A stretch of DNA of 64,000 bases, taken from Sminthopsis crassicaudata. Taxonomy: Eukaryota. Location of the stretch: the NCBI RefSeq assembly GCF_048593235.1, contig NC_133619.1:473273644-473337643 (forward strand), read 5' to 3'. The position numbers and the translations under genes are program-made. Shown piece by piece: positions 13,451 to 27,647 of this stretch (position 1 is the stretch's first letter; every line of letters begins with the position of its first letter). The notes under the pieces are model-generated. The model had not been told where the DNA came from. It saw only the letters and a program-made list of their open reading frames with translations, and made no database searches.

Positions 13451-15011
13451 CATCGTATGTCCAAGAAAGAACATAGGTTTTAGAAGTCAGAGAAGCTGCA
13501 TTTAAACCCTGCCTCAATCAAAGATTACCTGTATAACCTTGGGCAGCACACTTAACATGCCCTTAATTCAGGTTTATCATCTGAATTGGGTGATGAAGGG
13601 TGATGAATTGGATGGTCTCCAGGTTCCTTTCCAAATCTAAATCTATTATCCTATGATCTTATGTTTTGATTAAATAAAACTAATAAAAAAGTTTAAAAAA
13701 TTTTAAAGGTTATCAAATTAACAAAACAACACAAAAATAATATAATGTTAGAAATATTTCATTTTAGGACTACAGACACATTTACAGCAAAAAAAAAAAA
13801 AAAAAAAGGTTGTTATTTCTTTAAGACCCTGGTCCTAAAAGAATCTTTCCTCCTTGAAAATTTTGGAATATTGAATAGCAGGGTTACTTTTCTACTACTG
13901 ATGTTTCACAACACCCTTTTACCAGGAGGAAAAAAAAAATTGTTTCTATAAAGCCACATCATTTAAAATTTTAAGGAATGGGGTAAAGATTATCAGAAAA
14001 CAAATCAGAAGGCAAAAAAGTTTATTAATCTTTCCTAGCTGAGCATTCAGTATCCTTTGGCCAGATATCCTTCCGCACTTGTTACTACAATGCAAAATCA
14101 AGCCTCTTCCCTAGAATTCCAGTCTGCCCTTCTTAGACATCAGACTACTCACAGCATTGTAACTACTTGGTCAGCAGTGCTCATCAAGAAATCACTCTTC
14201 TGTCAAATACTCAATTCCAGGACAATTTAGAGCACCTCTAATCAAACCAATAAAAAATTTAGTTGTTGCTTTAATATTTTTAGAGGGACTCTGGTTATAA
14301 TCATAACCCAATAAAGTATTAATTCAAATCTCACACTTCTGTACAGTGCTGAACTATTACCCTGCTCAAACTCAGAAACTTCCTATATAATTTAGGAGCC
14401 AAAGATGTGGAATAGATTTAGAGAACTAATTTCTTATTAATTTTAATAATGAAGAAAATTAGAAAAGATGACATTCTGATAACACCAGTTTATATAAATA
14501 GTTCTTTTTTTTTTTTCTTTGAAACGAAGTTAAGAAACAGTAGAGTTCATACAAAAAAATGCAAATACTATCAAGAAGAGATGTGAAGTACACAGCCAGG
14601 AACAGAGAAATACCTGTTCTCAATTACAGTCAAGTGAAAACTATGATCAACAATGATCAAAGCCTCTCACTTTAAGCTTTCTTTCAACTGATAATTCTTA
14701 GATAATCTATAACCCAAAGAATATACCCACCTAGCAATAGTAGTTCTCAATATCCTGCTTTTTCTTCCTGGCCTTTTTTCTCGTCTCATCTTCCATATAA
14801 AAAGATAATGAATAAAAGCCTGACATTGAAATATTTCTGTCATTTCTGTAAGCTGACTATTTATGAAATTAAGTATTGAAAAAACGTAAATTTATTTAAA
14901 GTAACAACAATTCAAGAAATGTAACAGCTTAGGCATGGGATATACAATTCTCAAATTATGTAAATTTGAAGTTTGCTTTTTAATTCTGGAACACTTTCCC
15001 CATATTCTTAC

Positions 15012-15216
15012 CACTAACTGCTGCATGTTGCTTCAGATATTCTCGTCTCACATTTATATTTTTCACCAGACACTGCCTGGCATGTGCTCTTCTCTCTTTC
15101 ACTGGATCTTTGGCACACAGTGCACAGATTGCCATGTATTCAAGTGGTAACCGTAATCTGGAAAGGCCCTTGTGAAGTTTCTGAGCAAACACTTGTCTTA
15201 CTTGGTAGCATTCATC
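15012..15216 (-). CDS. PDS5B: PDS5B exon (~25), 205 nt, [68 protein letters not shown](E)
   Basis: Overlaps ORF 14980..15192; ccccatag|GAT...G|gtaaga. Confidence 0.96.
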
Positions 15217-16093
15217 CTATGGGGAGGGGGAAATGATATTCCTTTTATCATGGAAATAACTATTTCAAGAAAGTTGTTTAAGTAAACATATATAAATACA
15301 CACATTTATAGATAGATGATTCAAATAAATCTTAATAAAGCTTAAAGCCTAGTTATTTCAGAAGTATAAATACTACAAATTTCCAAAAACATCATTTGAA
15401 AGATTAAAAAATGTTTATATACTTTTTTTAGCTTTGCAGATTTCAAATAACAAAATTTTAATTTATTTCCTAGGTGATATTTTCTCAAACCAGTAGAATG
15501 ATAATGTTCTCTCTACATTTTTTCGTGAGGTTAGGTTAAAACTGTCCAGAAAGCATTGAAACTTCCTTGTTTGAATGATCTTTAGGCTGCAGTTACAAAT
15601 GCAAACCTTTTAAAGTCACTGAGTAACAGCTGATAAAAGTTTTTTTTACAAAGCTTAAAAATCAACAAGAATAAAATATAGCACAAGATGGTGATTATGT
15701 TGGATCTTAATTTAATTTTTAAAAATTAAGTATTAAAAATTTTTCAATTTTTAAAAAGCATTTGAAGTACTTCAGACTTCCAAAGTTATTAAAGCCAACA
15801 CTAAGATTTCTGGCATACTGTGTATATATGTGTTGTGCATAAGTCTACATGCACAGTTATTTGCATCAATAATTAGATTTTCTCTTTAACAAGCCGAGAT
15901 GAAAATAGTAATTTATCTTAGATATTAATCTCAAGACTGATGCATATCTTGGACATAAACATAAACTTGGACAGTCACAAAATCTTAATATGGCTTGTTA
16001 AAATAAAAAAATTAAACAAATTCAAAAAGGAAAAATATAGTGGATTTCAAAAGCTTATTTGACAAAATATTTCAACAAAAGCTTCCTACTTCT

Positions 16094-17081
16094 AACTGAC
16101 CATAATTTATAAGAAACCGAACCATTCTCCAATTGATAAATGGTCAAAGGATATGAACAGACAATTCTCAGAGGAAGAAATTGAAACTATATCCACTCAC
16201 ATGAAAGAGTGTTCCAAATCACTACTGATCAGAGAAATGCAAATTAAGACCACTCTGAGATACCACTACACACCTGTCAGATTGGCTAAGATGACAGGAA
16301 CAAATAATGACAAATGTTGGAGGGGATGTGGGAAAATTGGGACACTAATACATTGCTGGTGGAGTTGTGAAAGAATCCAGCCATTCTGGAGAGCAATCTG
16401 GAATTATGCCCAAAAAGTTATCAAACTGTGCATACCCTTTGACCCAGCAGCGCTACTACTGGGATTATATCCCAAAGAAATACTAAAGAGCGGAAAGAGA
16501 CATATATGTGCCAAAATGTTTGTGGCAGCTCTTTTTGTTGTAGCTAGAAACTGGAAGATGAATGGATGTCCATCAGTTGGAGAATGGTTGGGTAAATTGT
16601 GGTATATGAAGGTTATGGAATATTATTGCTTGGTAAGAAATGACCAACAGGAGGATTATAGAGAGGCCTGGAGAGACTTAAATCAACTGATGCTGAGTGA
16701 AATGAGCAGAACCAGAAGATCACTGTACACTTCAACAACAATACTGTATGAGGATGTATTCTGATGGAAGTGGAAATCTTCAACATAAAGAAGATCCAAC
16801 TCACTTCCAGTTGATCAATGATGGACAGAGGTAGCTACACCCAGAGAAGAAACACTGGGAGGGGAATGAAAATTGTTAGCACTAATATCTGTCTGCCCAG
16901 GTTGCATGTACCTTCGGATTCTAATGTTTATTGTGCAACAAGAAAATGATATTCGCACACATGTATTGTACCTAGACTATATTGTAACACATGTAAAATG
17001 TATGGTATTGCCTGTCGTCGGGGGGAGGGAATGGAGGGAGGGGGGGTAATTTGGAAAAATGAATACAAGGGATAATATTAT

Positions 17082-17120
<39 letters not shown>

Positions 17121-17138
17121 AAAAAAAAAAAGAAAAAA
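16094..17138 (+). mobile_element. 5'-truncated LINE-1 with 17-bp TSD
   Basis: ORF 16153..16764 is the L1 ORF2 C-terminus. TSD aaaagcttcctacttct at 16077-16093 and 17139-17155; (TA)n/A tail. Confidence 0.95.
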
Positions 17139-17809
17139 AAAAGCTTCCTACTTCTGGCAATTAATCTGGGACAAATTTCTTTTTTGTCAGAGGGAAGGGA
17201 AAAAAGAAATAAGGGGAGAATAGTAATTATTAATAGTAATTAATACCATATCAATTATCCCATTTATCAAGCATATTAAAAGCAATTAAAATACATAATT
17301 TTTCTTCTAAGTTCATGATTTTTAACTTTGGGCTCTAGAACTGAGTGAATGTGGTCATTTAACTTCTCAGATTCCATTTCTTTTATCAGTAAAATGGGGG
17401 TAATATTTGTTTTACCACCCACATATCTCACCAAGCTTAAAAACCAGAAATGGCAAATGATACTGTAATACAAGCTATTTATTTAATTATCTTATTAACA
17501 AATTTACTGTAAATAAAACAAAGCTGAAATAAAATCCACTCTGTTGGACAAAGTTGAGCCAGTAAATATAAATTTTTTAAAAAGGAAGTTAAAAAAGGAA
17601 TTTTAAAAAAGAATTTAAAAAAAGGGTTACTGTACTTTACACTTACTCCTAAGAGAGATACCAATTTATTTCCAAAAGCAAAAAAAAACTTCCACATTTA
17701 TGACTCAAAGTCAAAAGGTTTTGATGCTATTGTAGGATAATTTTCCTGCCTTCAACATAATTCAAGGCTACAGAGAAAATTTATTACTCAGAACTTCAAG
17801 ATATCTTTA

Positions 17810-17990
17810 GAACGGGGGTTCTTAACCTGTGATTCATAACTTAGACTTTTTTTTCTTCAATATTTTAGCTTCCTTTATAAATGCATATTATTTTATTTTA
17901 GACATTTAAAAACATTATTCTCAGAAAGGATCCTTAGGCTTCATTAGCTTGATAGAGGGACCTAAGATACACAAAAAAGGTTAAAAATTT
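17810..17990 (-). mobile_element. hAT-Charlie-type MITE
   Basis: ggggttcttaacc...aaaaaaggttaa TIR-like ends; same family as 48161-48285. Confidence 0.65.
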
Positions 17991-19977
17991 AAAATTAATC
18001 TAGTCTCTATGCATCACAGTATGAGAAGGTTTTTTGACCTAACAGAAAGACAGAGGGAAGTTCTAGATAGGACAGGCTATGTAACAAATAATAAAGATGG
18101 CACAGGAAAAAAATCACTGAGGGTATTATTTGGATTAATACAAGAAGCAAAGAGAATCAAGTTTGATTCTCCCAGGAGTATGTATATGAGGGGAGAGGAT
18201 AAAGGTATAGAACATACTATCCTGGAAAACATGGTACAGTGGAAAGTCTTCAGAAGAGCTGATCTGCAACTAAATATTTTCAGTATGTTACTTAGCTTCT
18301 CTATGCCTCTAACTAAAAAACAAAAACCTCATATATGATGGTAGAAAGAGTATTCAATTTAAAATGACCTAGTATTCAAATCCTAACCTGATAACCTGTG
18401 CAACTTTGGATAAGGTCACTAAATCTCTTTGTTTCTACCTTTATATAATGAGGGGATTGAACCAAATGACCACTCTGCAACCTTTAAACCCCCTAGTATA
18501 ATCACATCTATCTGATAGTTTAATGTGTCAGCAACTCTATAAGCAACAATTCTTATTCTAATAAGCATTAATATAACATTATTAATCATACAATATATTA
18601 TACATGAATAATACATTTTTATATCAACTTTACCACTACATATGTATTTTCCACTCTAGAAGTTGAATTCAAAAATGCCTGATCAGGAATATAGCACTCA
18701 TCATGTATGATTACAAGAAAACAATTTTGCTTAGCCCCAGCAAATCACATATATAGATACACCCTACCAAAAATCATTAATTGGCTTTGCAATAATGCAT
18801 TACTCAAATCTTTAGTAGACATTCTGACTTGAAGTGCTGGTTAAACTACAACAGAATTTCAGGAAATTATGGTAAAATCTGGTCTTATTTCACAATATCA
18901 ATTGTGTGACATATTTAGACAGTTTTCATTGTTTATTTTCATTAATTCTGAAACACCTGAAACAGTGCAAAGCTTAAAATAGTGAGGCTCTATATATCAA
19001 TTTGATATATGTCAAGTGACATTAAATATGGATATCATAATTACTAAAAGACAAGATGAAATGATAGACAGTACTGACTCAATTATCTGACATCGACATA
19101 ATTCTAACTCCCCCCAAATCTTATTTTTCTAGTCTAATCTCCAATCTCTGAAACAAAGGACTCAAAATGGTTTTAAGATTAGTCAACATATCATCTTAAC
19201 AAAAAGTAGGACTAACAATATTGCATATGCAAAATGAGAAACATTAGGTATCAAGTTCTGACAAAAACTGAAATCTACAGGATCTCAAAATTACTGAAAC
19301 ATATAGAATTATATATACAAAAGTGGAAGACAAGAGTATGAGATTTTATATATGACTATAATGCATAAAACTCATGGCATAATGTATCACTTATCAGTCT
19401 CTTTTTAAAAATATTCTAAAATGATAGTTCAAATATCATATTAAAAATTCACATAACAAATGCTCTTAAGTGTAGAAGCCAAAAAATTAGTTCATTGCTT
19501 TAGATATTTTCCACTGAACCCCAATCAAAAAATGCTGATCCTTATTAGATGGTTTGAGCAGTTGATGTGGATTTTTTAAAAAAAATGTCTTTCCAAGAAT
19601 TCAAAAAAATGGTATCAGACTAGAGCGGTAATCATGCCATCCCATTTTGGTGGCCAAATTATAAATATTTATTTTTTCCATTCAATGGACTTTGGCAACA
19701 TATAAATTGGCTTAATACAGTTGTTTAAATATTTAATGTTGAAATCCACCTCTGACATGTCACCTGTATAGCTTTGGCCAAGGATTGCATGTCATGGTGA
19801 CAAAAGTTTCCTTCTTCCAATATAATCTGCTATTAGAGAACCAAAAGTTCAGCAACACAGATTTAAAAAATAATTACAACTGAGTTAATTTATTACTTAA
19901 GTTTTTAAAATCTTATCATTTTAGATAGAATTTTTCTTACTGAAATCCATAAACTATAACATGAACATTTTCCTTAC

Positions 19978-20101
19978 ATTGATAGCTAAAGCACATAACT
20001 GATACTGTTCTAATGTGATGATTTCATGATAACAGGGTTCTTGGGCCAACTTCACAATAGCACTTCCAGCAGCCAGTCTCAGACGCGACATATCTGGTTT
20101 A
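19978..20101 (-). CDS. PDS5B: PDS5B exon (~24), 124 nt, (S)[41 protein letters not shown]
   Basis: ttttag|TAAA...AAT|gtaagg; manual translation. Confidence 0.96.
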
Positions 20102-21823
20102 CTAAAAATAAGAAAAATACATATTAGTTTTACTTTTTAATTTTTGCATATAATATTGCTACTTCCTAGATCTTTGTAATGATATATAACATTTAGTATA
20201 AAATCAGATTCTATACATCGCCAGCATATGACATAAGTATATGTCAATTTCATGCTAACAATATGCACAATATGAAATGGGATGAAGAACTATGGATCAA
20301 TAATATAGAAACCAAATCTGGTCAGAAAGATCTTATTTGACATATATAGTACATCATTTATCCTTTTAGGTTTTAGATTTATCATCTACAAATGAGATGG
20401 AGGAAAGGAAACAAATAATTGCCATGTCTAAATATTTATAAAATATTTTTTTTCTGAACTAGACAGTACAGAAAGAACTAGTGATGGACTGACTCAGCAA
20501 AGTTCTGAGATCAAGGCATACCTCTGACCCATCCTGGCTGTGTCAAGCCACATAACTGCTAATTCTCTAATCCTTTGATGGTCTGTATTTTAATGGAAGC
20601 TGTATTCCCATGCCAAGCATTCACCAGAGATCTAACTCCCAAGTCAAACTATCCAAGTTTAAGTAAACATTCCCCTCAAAATAATCAGTAAATTATAAAA
20701 GTCAAAAATAAAAAGTTTTATATCGGTCATAATCATGTGTGGTTTTATGTAACTTTCCAAGAATATGCTTTGGATTGGATGGAACACTTGGTTCAGAGGC
20801 TTGTTGGAAAGTGTCTTTTGTGTCAACCAAAATCAATTAATAAAAAATAAAAGTTGTAAAAGTGCTGGCTTTTAATAGTTTTCTGGGGTGTGAGAAATTT
20901 AGGAACTTGCACAGTCCCACATACCTAGTAAAAGACAATAGACTGATCTTGGCCCCACATCTTCTAGACAGCTCTCTTTAATAAAGCTACAGAATAGATG
21001 CCCATCTACACTGATAGTAGAAACTACTCTTATTAAAGACTCGCAATATCATTGAAATCCCAGAAATGATTTCCTTATAAGTGATTTTTAAAAGATCTCT
21101 ACCATAGTAAAACTGACATGGCTAAAGCACTCTAATATTAGTTCCTATTTATATACAGCTATAGTTTACCAAAGCTTTTCTTACAAGAACCCTGTTTAGC
21201 ACAATTATCCAAGTTTTACAGATGAGCAAATGAAGGTTCTGAAAAGTCAAGTTATTTGTAAGTCTAGAAGTTAAGAAAGAAATATTAGGGCTGATAATCA
21301 TCAACATAGATGTTTTTACTGTTAAGTCATTAAAATCTTCAACTAAACATTTTCATAGCAATCCAGGTTCCCTGAAATTACATCGATGAAAATCAATTTT
21401 TATTTATTTTTACCCATTTTTCTACTTAGTTATTTTTAAAAGCTTCCATAACCTCCAAGTAGCAAAAGGAAATATGAAAAGTTGGAAAAGGATCATTACT
21501 CATTTCCTGGACTAAATTACAACCTTACTATAGAGTTCTCTCCAAATTCATAGTCAGATAAATCATCTCATCCAGGATTGGTTAATTCATATAAAAATTT
21601 TTAGGTGACAGAGACTGGTTGAATTTTAATATTCCAATAATGAGTTAATATTCAAACAATTTACTAACATGAAAAAATCTGAACATCAAGTAATGCACAG
21701 TAAAACAAAATGTATAAATTAATGGGGGAAATGATGAATCCTGGAAAAGTAAAGAGGAAAGAGAAACAGCCACAAATCATATCATAATTGCAAATGTTTT
21801 TTAAAAAGTAAATTCATATCATA

Positions 21824-22848
21824 AATGGTCAAAGGATATGAACAGACAATTCTCAGATGAAGAAACAAACTATTTCTAGTCAAATGAAAAGATGCTCCAA
21901 GTCATTATTAAAAGAGAAATGCAAATTAAGACAACTCTGAGATACATCTATACACCTGTCAGATTGGCTAGAATGACAGGGAAAGATAATGCGGAATGTT
22001 GGAGGGGATGTGGGAAAACTGGGACACTGATACATTGTTGGTGGAATTGTGAATACATCCAGCCATTCTGAAGAGCAATTTGGAACTATGCTCAAAAAGT
22101 TATCAAACTGTGCATACCCTTTGACCCAGCACTGTTACTACTGGGCTTATATCCCAAAGAGATCTTAAAGAAGGGAAAGAGACCTGTATGTGCAAGAATG
22201 TTTGTGGCAGCCCTTTTTGTGGTGGCCAGAAACTGGAAACTACGTGGATGCCCATCAATTGAAGATTGGCTGAATAAATTGTGGTATATGAATATTATGG
22301 AATATTATTGTTCTGTAAGAAATGACCAACAGGATGATTTCAGAAAGGCCTACAGAGACTTACATGAACTGATTCAGAGTGAAATGAGCAGGACCAGAAG
22401 ATCATTATACACTTCAACAACAATACTATATGATGATCAATTCTGATGCATGTGGCCATTTTCAACAATGAGATGAACCAAATCAGTTCCAATAGAACAG
22501 TAATGAACTGAACCAGCTACACCTAGCAAAAGAACTCTGGGAGATGACTATGGACCACTACATAGAATTCCCAATCCCTCTAATTTTGTCTGCCTGCATC
22601 TTGGATTTCCTTCACAGGCTAATTGTACACTATTTCAAAGTCTGATTCTTTTTGTACAGCAAAACAACTGTTTGGATATGTATACATATATTGTATTTAA
22701 TTTATACTTTAACATATTTAACATGTATTGGTCAACCTGCCGTTGGGGGGGAGGGGAAGGAGGGGAAAAATTAAAACAAAAGCCAATTGTCAATGTTGCA
22801 AAATTACCCATGCATATATCTGGTAAATAAAAACTATTAAAAAAAAAA
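21824..22848 (+). mobile_element. 5'-truncated LINE-1 (different subfamily 3'UTR) with ~21-bp TSD
   Basis: ORF2 C-terminal remnant (ORF 22198..22446). TSD aaaaagtaaattcatatcata at 21803-21823 and 22849-22869; TT/AAAAA endonuclease site. Confidence 0.95.
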
Positions 22849-23131
22849 AAAAAGTAAATTCATATCATATATTCTTTTGGGCTAACATTCAATAATACCA
22901 GACAATTTTTAAAAATGACATACTTTTCTATGCTATTTATTCAAAATGTATTTTCTGTTCTATCCCTGCATATAAAACCACACAACAACGAACCCCCCCT
23001 ACAATGCTCCAGTAGTTCCTTTTTTTTTTAACAAAGAAAATACTATTCAACATTAGTCATATTAGTCATTTTTGGATTAGGTAATTCAGTATTCATGATG
23101 TTTACATGATTCCGGATGATTAAATACATAC

Positions 23132-23268
23132 CTAATTTTGCCCTGTTCTGTTAAGTCTCCATCGCTATGCAATATTGTTGTTAATAATCTCAGTGTAGAA
23201 GTTCCTGATTTGCTGTGATTATTTTTCATTCCTAATAGCCATCGCACCATCATTTTAATAGCCTGAAT
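23132..23268 (-). CDS. PDS5B: PDS5B exon (~23), 137 nt, [45 protein letters not shown](S)
   Basis: Lies within ORF 23086..23334; cttttaag|ATT...AG|gtatgt. Confidence 0.96.
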
Positions 23269-23958
23269 CTTAAAAGACAAAAAAGCAAAATAAAAAAATA
23301 AATAAAAAGAAAGAAAGAAAGAAAAAGTTAACAATAAATTACTACTTTTTAATATCTAAGAAAATCATAAAATTCTTCAAAGACAGAGGATATCACAAAA
23401 AAGAATAACTTTTTTTTTTCTGGTTATACTAAATAACTTCACTATCAATTTCTAAATCAGAGATGAACCATCTAATTACTCAACACTCCCTCTATACCAA
23501 GTAAATAACCACTTCCTAAGAACGAAAAGGCTAAGACTCTCTAACCTATTGTGCCAGGAAGGCCTGAGCTATAATAATTTGGATCATCATATCAGCAATT
23601 TGAAATATCTTTCAGTGAATAAAGCACGTAGGCTACTCAATAATTCTGAGGGAACTAGAAATAATTATGAAACTGGTAGATAAATGATGAAAACAAAGGA
23701 AATTGAAGCTCAGCGTTAGGGCCAAGAAAAAAGGAAAGTTTACAACAAACATCTGTGAAGGATGGGAAGAATGAAATCTTCATATTTGTAGTTAATAAAT
23801 TAAATATATTTATCTACTTCCTACATCCTCAAAATACATAACATCATGCTTCCAATCGACAAAGGTTTTTTTGAGGAACAAACACAAACATTAAGGCAAT
23901 CTAATATGACAATAAGGGGCTAACACTTTAAGTTACCATATGGACATATGATACTCAC

Positions 23959-24027
23959 TTTAACTAGTGTCTCAGGAGAAACTTCTTCATCAGGAACCCA
24001 CAGCTTGGTTGTCTTTTTCCCTGGAAG
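23959..24027 (-). CDS. PDS5B: PDS5B exon (~22), 69 nt, LPGKKTTKLWVPDEEVSPETLVK
   Basis: gtttag|CTT...AAA|gtgagt; manual translation. Confidence 0.95.
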
Positions 24028-24545
24028 CTAAACAAAATTAAAGCTTCTGAATAAAGAACACCTATATGTGCAAATACACATCTATATGATTTTAGCTAAA
24101 TCATTTAAAATCTCTGAACTGACAGGACTTTAGATGACCTTTTGAGGTCCTACCAAACTGCAAAGGCTGTGAGTATAATCTCAGTAACTCCCCAGTTTAT
24201 GGCATTAAATGGTGTATAGTATTTAGCCAAAGATCTGATTGTATCTGGTTTAATATATGTGCTCTCAATAGACTGTTTAACGAAAGGCTATGGTCACAAT
24301 TCTTTTATACATAAATGAAGACTCCCACAAGTCTTAAGTTTAACAATTTAAAACTACACTAAGATTTTTAACATAGAAAAACATATAAATGCAAACCTAT
24401 ACATACACACGTATATAAACTACTATATGCAAACAAGCCTAAATATGTTATTTTCACTTTAGCTTGATTTTTCTAATTATTGAAAAATATTCTGGATATT
24501 GAAAAACCTAAGTCTAAGTTAAAAAGCAAAATAAAACTATTTTAC

Positions 24546-24704
24546 CCGGTCATTCATAAGAAGATCTTTTACGATGAAAGTAGCTACCAAAGATTTCAAA
24601 GGAGCAGCAAATTGATCTGGTGCAAGAAGAGCTATGTGACCAATAGAAACCAATGGTGTTATGAGATGTTCAAGGTTGCTTGGGTCTAGGCTTTTATGCA
24701 GTGG
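24546..24704 (-). CDS. PDS5B: PDS5B exon (~21), 159 nt, [53 protein letters not shown]
   Basis: tttcag|CCA...CGG|gtaaa; manual translation. Confidence 0.96.
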
Positions 24705-25162
24705 CTGAAACAAGAAATGTTATGTCAAATATTTAGATTTATTTTCTGCTTAAAAAATACTTATCAGAATAAAAAGTCAAGAACTTCAAAGAAACCAGGG
24801 AAAAAAGATGTAAAGGAAGTAGATTCAGCAGTTATTAGACCTTAAAATTTTATTTAAGGTGAGAACATTGTTAAAATGTAAAAATGGATAATTTTGATTA
24901 TTTTAAACTAAATTTTTTTTTTTGTATAAATAAAACTTGGCCAAAAACAGAAGGAATTGGCCAAAAAAAAAAAAAATTAAAAAAAAAAATACACAATCTC
25001 GCAGATAGGACGTGATTGGGTTGAAATATTGCTTTGATCTAGGAAATGATGAGCTGATTGATTTTGAAAAACATAGAAAGATTTGGATTTATACTTACCT
25101 TCAGAGAAACAGATGGCACGTGGAAATAAGCATAGTATACTTTTAGACATATGTCTTTGAGA

Positions 25163-25164
<2 letters not shown>

Positions 25165-25200
<36 letters not shown>
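25165..25200. repeat. (AC)18 microsatellite, (UG)18 in the pre-mRNA
   Basis: Direct reading. Confidence 0.97.
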
Positions 25201-25205
<5 letters not shown>

Positions 25206-27523
25206 CATATTTATGTTTATAAAAAGCTATGCATGTGTAGTTATCCACATTTAATTGTAGTCTTTTTGGAAGTGGGGGTGGGGAATAAAGTAAAAAGTAC
25301 AGCACAGAACAAAAGGAAACCAGTAAGGAAACAAAGAAAAGCTTTAAGTATGTGTTGTATTTATTACACAGATTTTCTTCAAACAGAAATTTATTGTTTT
25401 ATATTGAATCCTCTTATGTTCTTCTGTGTATACGGCAATTTTTTTTTTTCGTTTTGTAAGTTTAAAATAAATTTTAAAATTTATACCCTCCCAAATCACT
25501 TAACCATATCCTGCACTTTGAAAATTCAATACAAAAATTTATTTTTTTGTGTAATAACAATATGGATTGTAGCATAGTATTTTCACTTTTTGTTTGTTTG
25601 CTTTTTCATTCTTGTGATTTTTTTTTGCTAAGAACCAAATCAGAAAACAGATGTACTTTGAAAGTTACAGCACAAGACTAATGTAAGATATTATTGTTAC
25701 CAACAAGAACCATTAAAAAAAAAAAAAAGTAACATGGAGATCACTTAAAATTTAAAAAACAAAAAAAAACTTTCAGTAAATTTTTTCTAAATTTAAAACT
25801 ATTCTCAAATATAAAACTAAGCTACATAAAAATAAGATTATTTCTTAAAATTAAAACTTTGAATGCAAAGAATACTATATTTGCTACTCATAATTAATGG
25901 TAAAAAAGTTAAGTTTTGAAGTTTCAAAAAAGATTGGCAGAAAGAAGAGGGATAATAGAAGGAAAATGGAGAAAAAAGCAGTTACAATAGAAAAAGAGTA
26001 GGATGATTCCAGAACAGATATACCCAATCATTCTGAACTATTTATATTTCAATGATTTGAGTTAAATTTAGCATACTTACTGAAAAATTTTATTTGGAAA
26101 TCAGAAATATTGGTTCCCAGAGACCTCCAGTTGGCAAAGTATCAGATAAAAACTTTATTTGTATCATAAAATTAAATCTCACAAGAGGATTAAATATTAA
26201 ACTACAAAGAAAATATTAGTGGAATATATTTGGCCGAATAAAATTATTTTATTTTGTCTTTATTTTTAATATGTAAATTTTGCTTTTTACTATAAAGAGA
26301 ACTTCTACTGAAGTTTTTTTTTGTTTTTGTTTACCAATACAGAATGGCTACTACTATAAAATTTGAAGTGGGAAACAAACCATTAAGTGCTATTTCACCA
26401 ATGGAAGCATCAATGAGCATTCTCTAAGATCTACATTCAGCTAGTTTTTAAATGTAATAATTGTCATTTGATAATACAAAATAAATTTATTCAACAGAAA
26501 TTACTTGTTTACTGGCAATGCAATAGTTCATCTACATTTAAAAACTTTTTGCAATAAAACCCAGAGTTCAAAAATTATAACCAACACCCTTTTATTCACA
26601 CATTTAATAGTACATTTAAACATAAACACTTAATAATCCCTATTATTTCCCTACTGGTTCTGTTAAAAGTAAAAATTCCCCTGATGAGCTTTCAAAGCCT
26701 TTCACAATCAGGTTCTAATCTATGTTTTCAATTTCAATGTATATTTATGATCCTCCTGCCATCTGCAGTCCAGAAAAAAATAGCCTTTGCTATGTTAACA
26801 TGCATTTCATTTCCTGTCCCTGTGTCTTTGCACTGGCTATCTCCCATATAATTTAATGCACTCTCTCCCCACCTCTATAATAAAATGTTTCTTGTCCTTC
26901 AAGATATAGGACATTACTTTTGTACATTCCTGATCTCCTCCACTTTTGGTGCTTTCATGCTCAAAATACGTTGGATTTAATTATTTTAAATGTATCCATA
27001 TTTATTTTCTTTATATTCACTCTGTATATTTTTACATATATGATTGTATCACCTGCTAAAATGTAAGCTTGACAGCAGAGATCACATTATTCTATTTGAT
27101 TCCCTGTTGCTTATTAATGTGTAAGTGCTTAATAAACCCCTTTTGATTAACTGAATTTCTGTAATTAATTCATGTAAGAAGTTTGGGGAGGGGAATGTAT
27201 GTTTGTGAGTGTGCAAAGTCCTTCCTAAATAACTGTTATCTACAATAAAAGATATGGATTAGAAAGCACAATCAAATTCCTTTCCATAAATCTTTAGTTA
27301 TCTTGAATTGTTAAAAAATCAATTTAAAAAGCTTTTCATATACCCACAAAAATGTGTTTCTATAACTTCTGCACTGAGATCTATAAATTTTCCAAACCCA
27401 AATCCAAAAATATATTCAATAGAACAAAATATTTCAAATCTTGACCATATAGCAAAATCATGTTTGTATATAATTAAAATGTAAAAATCAGACTAATGTT
27501 TTCTAAAAAAGGAATTTATTTAC

Positions 27524-27647
27524 CTCAAATATCTGTGCAAACTGTGTCTCTTTACTGGAAAATATTGCATGGATACAGTGAATGGCATATTTGGCTTGAC
27601 GTGGAGGTCCTTTTTTAGCTTTATGATGTAGAACTGGAAGCAATGCC
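27524..27647 (-). CDS. PDS5B: PDS5B exon (~20), 124 nt, (S)[41 protein letters not shown]
   Basis: Lies within ORF 27503..27697; ttttag|G...GAG|gtaaat. Confidence 0.96.

Noticed and set aside
25091-25100. ATACTTACCT resembling the 5' end of U1 snRNA
   Set aside because: Only 10 nt match. It is the complement of a consensus donor, and the rest of U1 is absent.
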